64,000 nt of DNA from an uncultured Chloroflexia bacterium (lineage in GTDB: Bacteria; Chloroflexota; Limnocylindria; Limnocylindrales; CSP1-4), in contig CAVVYR010000004.1 of the NCBI GenBank assembly GCA_963752475.1, positions 64,001 through 128,000 on the forward strand, in the 5' to 3' direction. The notes under the pieces are model-generated. The model had not been told where the DNA came from. It ran no database searches and saw only the letters and a program-made list of their open reading frames with translations. Positions 29,830 through 40,088 of the stretch are shown in pieces. Numbering within the stretch: the first letter of the stretch is position 1; each line of letters opens with the position of its first letter. Position numbers and translations under genes: made by a program.

Positions 29830-30374
29830 GGCGTCGTCCTCCCCGGCGTGGTCGTTTGGGCGTCGGCGGTGAGCGCGGCGCGCATGGCGGCGACGGCCCG
29901 ATTGACGCGGGATTTGGCCGTGCCCACGGGGATGCCCAGCGTCTCGGCGATCTCGGGAAACGAGTACCCCACGTAGTGATGCAGCACGAGCACGGTCCGC
30001 TGGTCCACCGGCAGTCGAGCGAATCCGCGTTCGAGCTCGTCACGGTCGGCGTTCTGGGTGCCGGGGTCGGCCGTCTCGCTCACCGCACGGACCTGGCCCT
30101 CGACCTCCATGCGGCGGCGCTCGCGCCTGGCCTCTCGATAGCACTCGCGCACGAGCACCCGATGGAGCCACGCATCGAACCGATCGGGGTCGCGCAGGCC
30201 GGAGAGGTCACGCCAAGCGGCCACCAGCGCCTCCTGGGTGGCGTCCTCGGCTCGGGTCTTGTCGCGCAGGATCAAGGTCGCCACCGCGTAGAGCTTGCGG
30301 CTGGATAGCCGCACGAGCTCGCTGAATGCCTCATGGTCCCCCTCGATCGCTTGTTCGACGAGCTCTCGCTGCAT
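29826..30374 (-). CDS. ECF sigma factor (2)
   Basis: AEDATQEA, IPVGTAKSRVNRA. Confidence 0.92.
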   Translation of the reverse strand: MQRELVEQAIEGDHEAFSELVRLSSRKLYAVATLILRDKTRAEDATQEALVAAWRDLSGLRDPDRFDAWLHRVLVRECYREARRERRRMEVEGQVRAVSETADPGTQNADRDELERGFARLPVDQRTVLVLHHYVGYSFPEIAETLGIPVGTAKSRVNRAVAAMRAALTADAQTTTPGRTTP

Positions 30375-30455
30375 CGACCTCTCCGCTCTTGGCCCGACCG
30401 TGGGTCGGCCGCGCTCATCTGGTCAGGGGGCGCTCGACGACGAATGGTTCCATCT

Positions 30456-31698
30456 TCAGCCGTCGACCTCGCACATCTCGTTGCCGCCGATCGATGGGCT
30501 CGAGTCACCGACGATCCTGATCGCCTGCCGCCCTCCGCAGAGCCGGTTCCCGCTCACGGACGGCGAGGAATCCTCGATGACGAGAGCGAAGTGCGACGCA
30601 TCCGCGACCAGGTTGTCGAGGATGCGCGGCGGCTCGTCGTGGCGCACGATGCCCGGCGTCACTCGGTCGTAGTCGATGGCGAGCGCGTGGATGCCCAGCC
30701 GTCCACCACTGATGTCGTTGCCGGTGATGGTCATACCGTGGCCGGCCGCGACGATGCCGACCTCGGTCACGTCGTGGATGGTGTTGCGCGCGATCGTGCT
30801 GGCAGTCTCGAGCGCGCGAAGGCCCAGCTCGCTGCCGGACAACGTGTTGCCCTCCACCAGGCTCTTGCCCGCGAACTCGACAGAGATCCCGATCGGGCCG
30901 CCGTCCACCTCGTTGCCAGTGATGGTCGCGATCGTCTCGGGATCCGAGATGACGATGCCCGGCTCGTCCTCGATGGGCAAGATGCGGTTCCCGGCGACCT
31001 CGTAGCTGGCGCCCCTCTCGATCACGATGTTCCGATAGACGACGTTGCCCTCGAGCCGGCCCGTGGCGCCTTCGCTACCGAAGAAGAGATCGCGGATCTC
31101 GTTGCCGGTCGCGACCGTGTGGCTGGAGGTGCCCCACGAGCCCAGCCGTTCGATGTCCGAGTCCTCGATGGTCACGAATGCGTCGCCGCGCACTCCGACG
31201 AAGCCGTTCGTGTCGACGTCGCGGACCGTCGAGGTCCCGCCGTCGAGCAGAAGGGAGGTATAGAGGACGTCGTCCTCATCCATGATCGAGAGACTCTCGA
31301 TCGTCACGTCGGCGTCGGCGACGTGGATCGTGACGAGGCTCGACTCCACGGGCCGGTCTTGGGGGCCAGCGCGTCGTGTTCGGGGCCAGGCTGGAGCCAT
31401 GTCCACGATCTGCCGGTCGGACTCGTCCTGCAGGATCACGATCTGCTCGCGAGGCCCGTCACCGACGAGGGTGAGAGCTTTGTCGATGTAGATGTTCTCG
31501 ACGTAGCTGCCGGGCGCGATGAGGATGGTGTCACCGCCCGACGCCGCTTCGACCGCCGCCGAGATGGTGTCGTGGTCGCCGCTGCCATCTGACGCGACGG
31601 TGATGATGGCGCCTTCCTGGGCGACCGCCCCCGGGGCCGTGATCGCGAGCAAGCCGACGATCACGCCGGCCACGTTCAGCTTGTCGGGTGCTTGGCAT
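30456..31698 (-). CDS. secreted parallel beta-helix protein without anti-sigma N-terminus (indel just after start)
   Basis: GGGAGG RBS before ATG 31698; signal peptide AVA-Q; TISAAVEAASGGDTILIAPGSYVEN. Confidence 0.75.
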
Positions 31699-31773
31699 GG
31701 GCCCTCCCCTACGCGGATCTGCCGAAGCCCCCCGGAACGCGCGCACCATACGCGACTTCGGGGCGCACGACAA

Positions 31774-31805
31774 TGCCCCCGCCCCGGTTTCCCGGGACAG
31801 GGGCA
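31774..31805 (-). terminator. hairpin downstream of the 31826 gene
   Basis: TGCCCC..CCGG-TTTC-CCGG..GGGGCA. Confidence 0.45.
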
Positions 31806-31825
31806 GGCGAGTCCAAGGGGTTGGG

Positions 31826-32636
31826 CTACTCGGCTGCGGCCTCATCGTCACCACCCGGTACGGTGATGTCGAAGAAGGCTGTCGCCTGGATCGGAGTACC
31901 GACGGGCACGAACTCCTCGTTCAGGACGCCGGTCTCGGGATCGATGTCCCACGGCGCGATGGCCGTCTCCAGCAAGTCGTCGCTGATGACGATGGTGTGC
32001 TTGCCAGGGGCGAGCGGCTCGAGCATCACGAACCAGCCCATCGTCTGCCACGTGGTTTCGCCTGCGGGCATGCCGAAGATGTTGTCCTCGGGCATCTCGA
32101 GGGTGAAGGGATCATCCATGACCCAGGCCGAACCGCCGACCGGGATGTCCCTGCCGTCGACGTTGATGCGGGGATTCGTGATGAACATCGCTTCATCAAG
32201 GGTCTGGGCGGTGAGTTCCTCGGCGGGCGTGTCCTGCGACCCGTTTCCGGCACCGCCGGGTGTCGATCAGCACGTACTGATCGGGCTGGATCTCACACTC
32301 GTAGTGCGCGGTCGCGCCGAACATCCCGTTACTCAGGTGGAAGACCGGGCCACCCTGCAACGCCTGGCAATCATTCTGCGGCCCGTAGTGCTCGTCGAAC
32401 GGCGTGCCCAAGAACCACTCGTCGCGCTTGCGCACCCAGTGCGAGATGGGCTCGCCAGCCACGAGCTCGCCCATGGGCACGACGCCGAAGTCTCCGGCGT
32501 CGAGCACGTCGATGCAGTACAGGCAGGTGCCATCCTCCTCGGACCCCATCTCGTCGTCCTGGGCGAAGACGGCCGTGCTACCGACCATCGAAATCGCCGC
32601 GACCAGCGCAGCACCCATGGCGAATCGCTTCTTCAC
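31826..32636 (-). CDS. secreted hypothetical protein (frameshifts near 32190-32260)
   Basis: GGAGGT RBS; signal peptide VFA-Q; CQ..QGGPVF and GWFVMLEPLAPGKHTI in consecutive ORFs. Confidence 0.6.
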
Positions 32637-32810
32637 GCGTAGTTACCTCCCGCCCCCCACAGTCGAACTCTTCTGTTGCCGCGGCGAGGCGACCACTGAG
32701 GCCGCTCTCACCTGTATGGGTACTGGGCGTCCGGAATGGTTCCCGATTCGCGCAAGAGGACCGGGCCGGCCGCGCTGGCCGACCCGGCAGAGTCGCGGTG
32801 ACTGGTGCTG

Positions 32811-34229
32811 CTACTCGGAGGTCGCGTCGTCGCAGGACAGGTCGCTGCTACGGTCCGGCAGCTCATCGCGGCTGGATGTGACATCGAACTCGTTGGAGCA
32901 GTAGGTATTGCTGATGAAGGTGGGCTCGGTTGTGCCGATGAGGCTGACGCCGATGACGTTGCCCTCGATGTCGTTGGAGTCCAGCGTCGGCGCGCCGCTC
33001 ACGATGTGGATACCTGTCTCGTTGCGCGAGAGCCCATTGCGCTCGAGCAACGAGTCGTTGGCGGCGAGGTCGATACCGACCTCGCTCAATGCCACGGTGT
33101 TCTGGACGACAGAGGCGTTCACGGTGCGAGGGATGTAGATCCCCAGGCGAGCGCTCTCGATGCTGTTGCTGGCGATGTTTAGGGTGGACTCCGAGGTGAG
33201 CGAGACTCCGTCGCCCGGAGCGATCGCCTTCTTGCGGTCGGCGATGGTGTTGTCCGAGATGGTCACCGCCGAATCGCCGAGCAGTATGATGCCCAGGTCG
33301 CCCTTGCCGTGGATGTGGTTGGCCGTGATGCTGGAGCCAGGCCCGAAGACGCCAGCGATGGAGGCGCCGTCAGTGAGCTCGTTGCGCTCGATGGTGGCCG
33401 CGCCGAAGACGCACAGCCCGGCGCCTGCCTCGAAGAGGCTGTCGCTGACCGATACCGTCGTCTCATCGTTGATGACGACTCCGCAGGTGTCCTCTGGGCC
33501 TGTGTCGCCGTACTGGAGCCCGATACCGTCGAACAGGACGTTCTCCACGACCGACGAGCCGGTGTCGACGAAGAGATGAGACGTCACGCCCGCCAACGTG
33601 AGGTCACGCAGTTGCACGTCGGCCCCACTGATGGCGATCGCATATGGCGACCGGGACATCCACGAGTAGTCGACCTCCCACTCGGGCCCGTCCTCGGGCG
33701 CGGTGACGACGATCTCATCTCTCGGGCCTTCGCCGTGGATGGTGAGGTCCTTGTCGACGACCACGGCCTCGTTGTAGGTGCCAGGCAGGATCGCGATGGT
33801 GTCTCCATCGACGGCGGCAGCCACGGCCTCGCCGATGGTGGTGAAGTGCCCGCTTCCGTCGGCGGCCACGGTGTGGTCGGCATCGGCGACCGCGCCAGGA
33901 GGTGGTGCCGGGCTGGTGTCGATGACGTTCACCGACAGGGCGATGATGGCAAGGGCGGCGGTGATGCCGGTCGCGCTGAGCATGAGTCTGGTCCTCCGGT
34001 TCGTGTTCAGGGGGTGGTCGTGCTCGGTGGTGCGGCGTCCCGCACCCTCGTCACGGTCGAGCCACCGCCCCAGGAGCCGGCGCCTGGTCTGGGGGGTCAC
34101 TGGGAATTCGTTTAGCAGTCGGTCGAGGCCGGCGTTGGCCTCATCGGGCGCGAGGTCGGTATCGGTCAGCCACGTGCTGACGCGGCCATCCATCTCGTGG
34201 TCCGGCCGGAGATCGCGTTCATCGGTCAT
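32811..34229 (-). CDS. putative anti-sigma factor with TM helix and beta-helix domain (3)
   Basis: TIGEAVAAAVDGDTIAILPGTYNE; beta-helix repeats; ATGA overlap. Confidence 0.8.
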   Translation of the reverse strand: MTDERDLRPDHEMDGRVSTWLTDTDLAPDEANAGLDRLLNEFPVTPQTRRRLLGRWLDRDEGAGRRTTEHDHPLNTNRRTRLMLSATGITAALAIIALSVNVIDTSPAPPPGAVADADHTVAADGSGHFTTIGEAVAAAVDGDTIAILPGTYNEAVVVDKDLTIHGEGPRDEIVVTAPEDGPEWEVDYSWMSRSPYAIAISGADVQLRDLTLAGVTSHLFVDTGSSVVENVLFDGIGLQYGDTGPEDTCGVVINDETTVSVSDSLFEAGAGLCVFGAATIERNELTDGASIAGVFGPGSSITANHIHGKGDLGIILLGDSAVTISDNTIADRKKAIAPGDGVSLTSESTLNIASNSIESARLGIYIPRTVNASVVQNTVALSEVGIDLAANDSLLERNGLSRNETGIHIVSGAPTLDSNDIEGNVIGVSLIGTTEPTFISNTYCSNEFDVTSSRDELPDRSSDLSCDDATSE

Positions 34230-34810
34230 GACGGTGCCCCCGTGCTGATCTCGTTCATGGCCGCGGAGCCACCGGTGGGCGGCCGCGTGTCAGCATCGAT
34301 CGAGGCGCGCATCGTCTGGAGCGCGCGGTAGAGGCGAGAGCGGGCGGTGCCCGGTGGGATATCGAGCGTGGCGGCCACCTCCTCGAGCGGCAGGCCCACC
34401 AGGTGGCGCAGCACCAGCACGGCCCGCTGGTCCACGGACAGCAGCCGAAACCCGCGGTCGATCAGCTCTCGGTCGGCGACCGGACCGATCTCGTCGGGCG
34501 CGACGGGCTCGCGCGGTGAGTCGATGGGCATGTTCGGCAGCCAGCGCTTGGCGCGCTTCGCTTCGGCGTAGCAGGCGTTGACCGTCAGGCGGTACGTCCA
34601 GGCCTCGAAGCGGGCAGGGTCGCGCAGCTTGGGCAGGTTGCGCCAGGCATCGAGCATGGCCTGCTGGACGGCGTCCTCGGCCAGGGCACGGTCGCGCAGG
34701 ATGCCGAACGCGAGCGAGTGCAGCCGGCCGTAGGTGGCCGCCGCGATCTCGGCGAACGCTGCCTGGTCCCCCCTCTGGGCCCTGTTGACGAGCTCTGCGT
34801 CCATATCCAT
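34226..34810 (-). CDS. ECF sigma factor (3)
   Basis: AEDAVQQA, IPPGTARSRLYRA. Confidence 0.92.
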   Translation of the reverse strand: MDMDAELVNRAQRGDQAAFAEIAAATYGRLHSLAFGILRDRALAEDAVQQAMLDAWRNLPKLRDPARFEAWTYRLTVNACYAEAKRAKRWLPNMPIDSPREPVAPDEIGPVADRELIDRGFRLLSVDQRAVLVLRHLVGLPLEEVAATLDIPPGTARSRLYRALQTMRASIDADTRPPTGGSAAMNEISTGAPS

Positions 34811-34888
34811 GCCTTGCTGGCGCCAGCGGGTGTTGGCGCTTCACAGGGTATGAGCCCGACACAAGTCGAGACGACTCCATTTCCGCCA

Positions 34889-34906
34889 TGTCTCACCGGT
34901 GATACA
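34889..34906. promoter_or_regulatory. near-palindrome operator overlapping the -10 of the Phd antitoxin gene
   Basis: TGTCTCAC-CG-GTGATACA. Confidence 0.6.
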
Positions 34907-34915
34907 CTGCACGAC

Positions 34916-35152
34916 ATGGCCGACGTGACGATCCGAGAGCTCCGCAACAAGGGTGGTGAGGTCATCGAACGCGTGATCGGAGGCGAGGTGCTGACGGTGA
35001 CCCGAGACGGGGTTCCGGTCGCTCAGCTGGTTCCACTGCCGCGCAAGCCATTGACCGCGGAAGCACTGCTGGAACGCCATCGCGGACTGCCTGCGCTCGA
35101 CCTGGATGAGATCCGGCGGGAGCTCGATTCGATCATCGACCCCACGCTGTGA
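34916..35152 (+). CDS. Phd/YefM family antitoxin
   Basis: VTIRELRN..VTRDGVPVAQLVP. Confidence 0.88.
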   Translation: MADVTIRELRNKGGEVIERVIGGEVLTVTRDGVPVAQLVPLPRKPLTAEALLERHRGLPALDLDEIRRELDSIIDPTL

Positions 35153-35562
35153 CGCGCCCCGCGGTCGGCCTGCTGGACACGAGCGTGGTCATCCACCTGG
35201 AGGGGATCGATGAAGCAGGAACACTGCCTCGTCAGCCGCTGGTCTCCGCCATCACCCTGGCGGAGCTGTCGGTCGGGCCGCTGGTTGCGCCACCGGAGCA
35301 ACGCCCGGCGCGCCTGCGCCACATCCAGACGGTGGAGTCCGACGTCGACCCACTGCCATTCGACTCTCGTGCGGCGCGGGCCTTCGGCCACGTCGCGGCC
35401 TCCATGCGGCACCTCGGACGCAAGACGTCTGCCCGCACGTACGACGCCATGATCGCAGCGATCGCACTTGCCAATGGGCTACCGCTGTACACGTGCAATC
35501 CCCGCGACTTCGAGGGCATCGATGGCCTCGAAGTCATCGCTGTGCCGGTGCCGGGCCGATGA
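35149..35562 (+). CDS. vapC: PIN-domain toxin VapC
   Basis: LLDTSVVI, ITLAEL, YDAMIAAIA, YTCNPRDF. Confidence 0.9.
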   Translation: MTRPAVGLLDTSVVIHLEGIDEAGTLPRQPLVSAITLAELSVGPLVAPPEQRPARLRHIQTVESDVDPLPFDSRAARAFGHVAASMRHLGRKTSARTYDAMIAAIALANGLPLYTCNPRDFEGIDGLEVIAVPVPGR

Positions 35563-36608
35563 CCAGACGCAGGCTCATCGGGGCGCGGCGCGATCAGGGC
35601 CCGCAGTACCTGCTCATCACCATCGCCAGCTTCGCGGTCACGGTCGCCGCAACCCGCTGGTACCTGGACCTGTCCGGCTACCCCACGGTCGGCGGCGGTG
35701 AGCTCCACGTCGCCCACGCGCTGTGGGGCGGGCTGGCGCTCGTGGTCGCAGCGATCCTGCCCCTGCTCTGGGTCGGGCACCGCTCGCTGGTGCTCTCGGC
35801 CCTGCTCGCGGGCCTCGGCGTGGGGCTCTTCATCGATGAGATCGGCAAGTTCCTGACCACATCGACCGATTACTTCTTCGCACCCGCGGCGCCGATCATC
35901 TACGGCGCCCTCCTGTTGCTCGTCCTGCTCTGGCTGCTGCTCAGGCGCTCGAGTGGTGATGCCCTCGACGCCACGCATGCGGTCATCGACTCCCTCGGTC
36001 ACGCGGTCGATGGTCGCCTCACCGCAGGAGAGCGCGATCGAGTGATCCAGCTGCGGCACGACGCGGGCGAGCCGATCCCCGGCGGGATCCATGCCCAGCT
36101 GCTGGCATTGCTGGAGTCGCAGGCCATCGAGAACCGGCTGGTCACAGCCGGGCCGCTCGCCAGCGGGAAGGCCCGGCGCTGGCTCGAGCGCTGGCTGCCG
36201 ATCCGGCTCGAACGTTTGGTGGTCTACGCCGGCCTCACGCTCTCGGTCCTGACGGCGCTCGTCTCAGGGCTCGGCTTGGTCGCGCTCACCACGATGCCTG
36301 ACGCGAACTTGCTACAGGACATCGACGCCGGGCGCATCGAGTTCCCGGACGATCTGCGTTGGATACTCGTGATGCTGGGCATCTACGTGGTTACCGGCGT
36401 CACGGCCATGATCGCCCTGGCGCTCCGAGTGCGCGGCTCGAGACGCTGGCTGGATGCGGCGCTCGCAGCGGTGCTCCTCGACCTCGTGGTGGGCGAACTG
36501 GTGGCCTTCTACGCGGCCCAGTTCACCGCCCTCGCGAGCGCGGTCTGGGGCGTGATCCTGCTCGGGCTGATCGTCGACCTTCGGATCCGCGAACGCTCCA
36601 ACTGGTAG
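35559..36608 (+). CDS. integral membrane protein of unknown function
   Basis: multiple TM segments; LHVAHALWGG and GLFIDEIGKF motifs; ATGA overlap. Confidence 0.75.
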   Translation: MTRRRLIGARRDQGPQYLLITIASFAVTVAATRWYLDLSGYPTVGGGELHVAHALWGGLALVVAAILPLLWVGHRSLVLSALLAGLGVGLFIDEIGKFLTTSTDYFFAPAAPIIYGALLLLVLLWLLLRRSSGDALDATHAVIDSLGHAVDGRLTAGERDRVIQLRHDAGEPIPGGIHAQLLALLESQAIENRLVTAGPLASGKARRWLERWLPIRLERLVVYAGLTLSVLTALVSGLGLVALTTMPDANLLQDIDAGRIEFPDDLRWILVMLGIYVVTGVTAMIALALRVRGSRRWLDAALAAVLLDLVVGELVAFYAAQFTALASAVWGVILLGLIVDLRIRERSNW

Positions 36609-36663
36609 TGGCGACGATCCAGCTGCGTTGACGAGTCGGTCGGCACAGCCCTACGCTCGCGGC

Positions 36664-37995
36664 ATGTCGTCGGTCGTCTTCCCTGCGCAGCCGCCGTTCA
36701 CGCTGCGAGCCCGCCTGCTGAGCCCCCTGCAGGACGGGGACTACCTGTGGCTGGCCGATGGAGTCATCGAGGTCGACGATGCCGGGCGCATCCGTTCGGT
36801 GCGGGCAGCTGCCGATGCCCCGCGTGCCGCCGAGACCGCCATCGACCTGCGCCCTCTCGTGGTCATGCCCGGCCTCGTCGACACGCACGTGCATCTCCCG
36901 CAGGTGCCGGCGGCCGGTCTCGGCGCGGGCATGGATCTGCTGAGCTGGCTGGAGCGCTACGTCTTCTCGCTCGAGCACGACTTCGACATCGCCGCGGCAC
37001 AGGAGCTGGCGCCGCAGGTATACGAGGCCATGGCCGCGGCCGGGACGACGACGTTCTCCGGCTACGCCGCGATCTGGCCCGAGTCCACGGACGCCTGCTT
37101 CCACGCCGCCGAGGAACACGGTATCCGGGCCACCATCGGCAACGTGCTCATGGACCGCGTCACCTACGACGACCGCACGCCACCGGCCCATATCCTGCAG
37201 AACGCCATCCGCGCGTCCGGCGAGCTCTGCGAGCGCTGGCATGGCGCCGCCGAGGGCCGCCTTCGCTACGCCTTCACGCCCCGCTTCGCGGTCGCCTGCA
37301 CCGCGGACATGCTGCGCGAGTCGGCCTCACTCGCCGAGCACTACGGCGCCACCTGGCAAACGCACCTCTCGGAGGACGCGCGCGAGATGGCCACGGTAGC
37401 GGAGCACTTTCCCGAGGCGAGCGACTACCTCGACGTGTACGACCAGGCGGGCGGCCTCGGGCGCAAGGCGCTTCTTGCCCACTCCATCCACCTCTCGGAC
37501 CGGGAGGTCGAGCGGATGGTCGAGACCGACTCGGCCGTGGCCCACTGTCCGGTCAGCAACATGTACATCCGCAGCGGCGTGATGCCCATCGGTCGTTACC
37601 TCGACGAAGGCCTGCGCGTGGGCCTGGGCACCGACGTGGCCGGCGCGCCGGAGCTCTCGGTCATCACTCAGATGCGCCTGGGCTTCTTCCAGCACAACTC
37701 CAGGGCCGTGGTCGTCGGCGATGAACGCTCGGCGCCCGATCCGCTCGAGTGGATCCGGCTGGGCACGCTCGGTGGTGCGGAGGCCCTGGGGCTCGAAGAC
37801 ATCATCGGCTCCATCGAGCCCGGCAAGGAGGCCGACATCATCGCGGTCGATCCGGAGCTGGGCCGCCCGCCGATGGCCAAACCGTGTCGCGACGTGGACG
37901 AGGTCGCCAGCCGCCTCATCTTCCGCGAGCGTGCCGGCATGGTTCGTGCCGCCTGGGTGCGCGGACGCCGGCTCGAGGGACCCCCGCAGGCGTAG
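36664..37995 (+). CDS. guaD: guanine deaminase
   Basis: PGLVDTHVHLPQ, TPRFA, QTHLSE, HCPVSN, GTDVAG. Confidence 0.85.
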   Translation: MSSVVFPAQPPFTLRARLLSPLQDGDYLWLADGVIEVDDAGRIRSVRAAADAPRAAETAIDLRPLVVMPGLVDTHVHLPQVPAAGLGAGMDLLSWLERYVFSLEHDFDIAAAQELAPQVYEAMAAAGTTTFSGYAAIWPESTDACFHAAEEHGIRATIGNVLMDRVTYDDRTPPAHILQNAIRASGELCERWHGAAEGRLRYAFTPRFAVACTADMLRESASLAEHYGATWQTHLSEDAREMATVAEHFPEASDYLDVYDQAGGLGRKALLAHSIHLSDREVERMVETDSAVAHCPVSNMYIRSGVMPIGRYLDEGLRVGLGTDVAGAPELSVITQMRLGFFQHNSRAVVVGDERSAPDPLEWIRLGTLGGAEALGLEDIIGSIEPGKEADIIAVDPELGRPPMAKPCRDVDEVASRLIFRERAGMVRAAWVRGRRLEGPPQA

Positions 37996-38004
37996 CATCC
38001 CGAC

Positions 38005-39484
38005 ATGGCACTGCTGGGCATCGACCTGGGCACCTCGGGGGTGAAGGCCGTCGTCATCGACGAGTCCGCCCAGGTGTTGGGTATCGGCTTTCGTGAGATC
38101 CCCATGGAAGTGCCCCAACCCGGTCGTGCCGAGCAGGATCCCGCGGCCTGGTGGTCGAACACCGTCATGGCCGTGCGCCAGGCACTCCACGAGGCGGGCA
38201 ACCCCGAGATCGCCGGGGTCGGCTGCGATGGCCATATGCACGGCGGCGTGCTGCTCGATGCCTCGGCCAGGCCGGTCGGCCGCGCCATCACCTGGGCCGA
38301 CCAGCGGGCCGCGGAGCTGATCCCCGAGCTCGAGTCCGACATCGGGATCGAGACCTTCCTGGCGGTCGCGGGGACGCGACCCGCGGCCGGCTTCATGGGC
38401 CCCACGATGGCCTGGCTTCGACGCCACGAGCCAGAGCGACTCGATGCCGCAGCCACGTTCGTCCTGCCCAAGGACTACCTGCGGCTCCACCTCACGGGCA
38501 GCGTCGGGACCGACATCAGCGATGCCTCGGGTACGGCCATGTTCGACGTCGGCGCGCGCACCTGGTCGGCCGAGCTGACCGAACGCCAGGGAGCACCCAC
38601 CTCCATCCTGCCGCCGCTCCTCGAGTCGGCCGACCGGGCCGGGACGTTGACGCCGAAGGCTGCCATCGAGCTGGGCCTGTCAGCGGGGATCCCGGTCGCG
38701 GCCGGCTGCTCGGACCAATGCGCCCAGGCCGCCGCGAACGGGCTGGTCGACCGCACCACCGGCTCGGTCGCGCTGGGTACCGGGAGCACGATCGTGGTCG
38801 TCACGACCGAGCCCATGCCCGACCCCGCGGGCCGTATCCACACCTTCTGCCATGCCGCCCCACAGCGCTGGTATCAGCTCGGTGCGACGCTCTCGGCCGG
38901 GCTCTCGCTGCGCTGGCTGCGCGACCGATCTGCGGCTGACCTCGAGCAACCCCTACGCCGCCATGGGGACGTCTGCGGCGAAGGTCGCGCCAGGCTCGGA
39001 CGGACTCGTCTTCATCCCCTACCTCGTCGGCGAGCGCTCACCGATCATGGAGCCGGAGGCAACGGGCGCGTTCGTGGGCCTCAAGTACAGCCATCGGCGC
39101 GCCCACCTCACTCGCGCAGTGATGGAGGGCGTGGCCTGCTCGTTGCGCGCGACGCGTGATGCGGTGGTGGCAGCCGGTGGCGACTGCGAACGCTGGCTGG
39201 CGGTCGGCAACGGCCTCTCATCACCGATCTGGCGCAGCATCGTTGCCGACGTCTACGACGAGCCGCTCCACTTCGTGGCCGCTCCCGAGCGAACGGCCGT
39301 AGGCGCAGCCCTCATCGGCGGCATCGCGGCTGGCGCCTATGGCGGCTACGAGGAGGTGGCGGATGTGGCGCGGCCGCCGCTGCACACGACGGAGCCCGAC
39401 CCCGAGCGCGTGCGCATCTACGAGGACGTGTACGGGCGCTACTCGCGACTCGCGAAGCTGCTGCTGGAGGAAGGGCGCGCCTAG
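38005..39484 (+). CDS. xylB: xylulokinase-like FGGY kinase; frameshift near 38925
   Basis: GIDLGTSGVK, HMHG, LPKDYLR, SDASGT, PYLVGERSP. Confidence 0.8.
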
Positions 39485-39488
39485 GGCG

Positions 39489-39953
39489 CTACTGGCCGAG
39501 AGCCGGCTTCCAAACCATCAGCGCCAGCACCGCCAGCACCAGGAGCAGCAGGGCTGCGCCGGCGAACATCATGCGCGTCACAGCGGAGGTGAGCTCCGGG
39601 GGCGGGCCGTCAGGGCCGGCCGGCTGCTCGGTGAACGCGATGATCCTGTTGACCGCGGGCCGCTGCACGAAGAAGACGACGCCGAGGGCGATGAAGTAGA
39701 GCAGCATGGCGATCGAGAGCCAGCGGGCGGACCACTCGGTGCCACCGGTCTGCACGAGCATCGCACCAGTGATGAATATCAGGATCGCGAACGGGATGAT
39801 GATGAGGTTGGTGACACGCTTGGCGGCCTTGGTGAACCAGTGGCTGTGCTGTGGCTCTCGTGCGCTGGCCATGCCGAAGATGGGTGCATAGAAGCCGTAG
39901 CCGAAAGCCGCGATAGCGCAGAGGACATGCAGGAACATCCACAGTTGGAACAT
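39489..39953 (-). CDS. DUF2269-like 4-TM membrane protein
   Basis: FLHVL..ITG..W..LMVWKP. Confidence 0.7.
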   Translation of the reverse strand: MFQLWMFLHVLCAIAAFGYGFYAPIFGMASAREPQHSHWFTKAAKRVTNLIIIPFAILIFITGAMLVQTGGTEWSARWLSIAMLLYFIALGVVFFVQRPAVNRIIAFTEQPAGPDGPPPELTSAVTRMMFAGAALLLLVLAVLALMVWKPALGQ

Positions 39954-40088
39954 GCCCTCGATGGTAGCGCCGAGGGAAAGCCCGGTGTGGCTGGTCCCGC
40001 GTTGGTGTGAGTGGCCCCGTGTCGGCGTGGGTGGTACTACGTCGGCGAGGCTCGTCCGCGAGCATCGGCTCCTCGTGGTCTGGCCACC

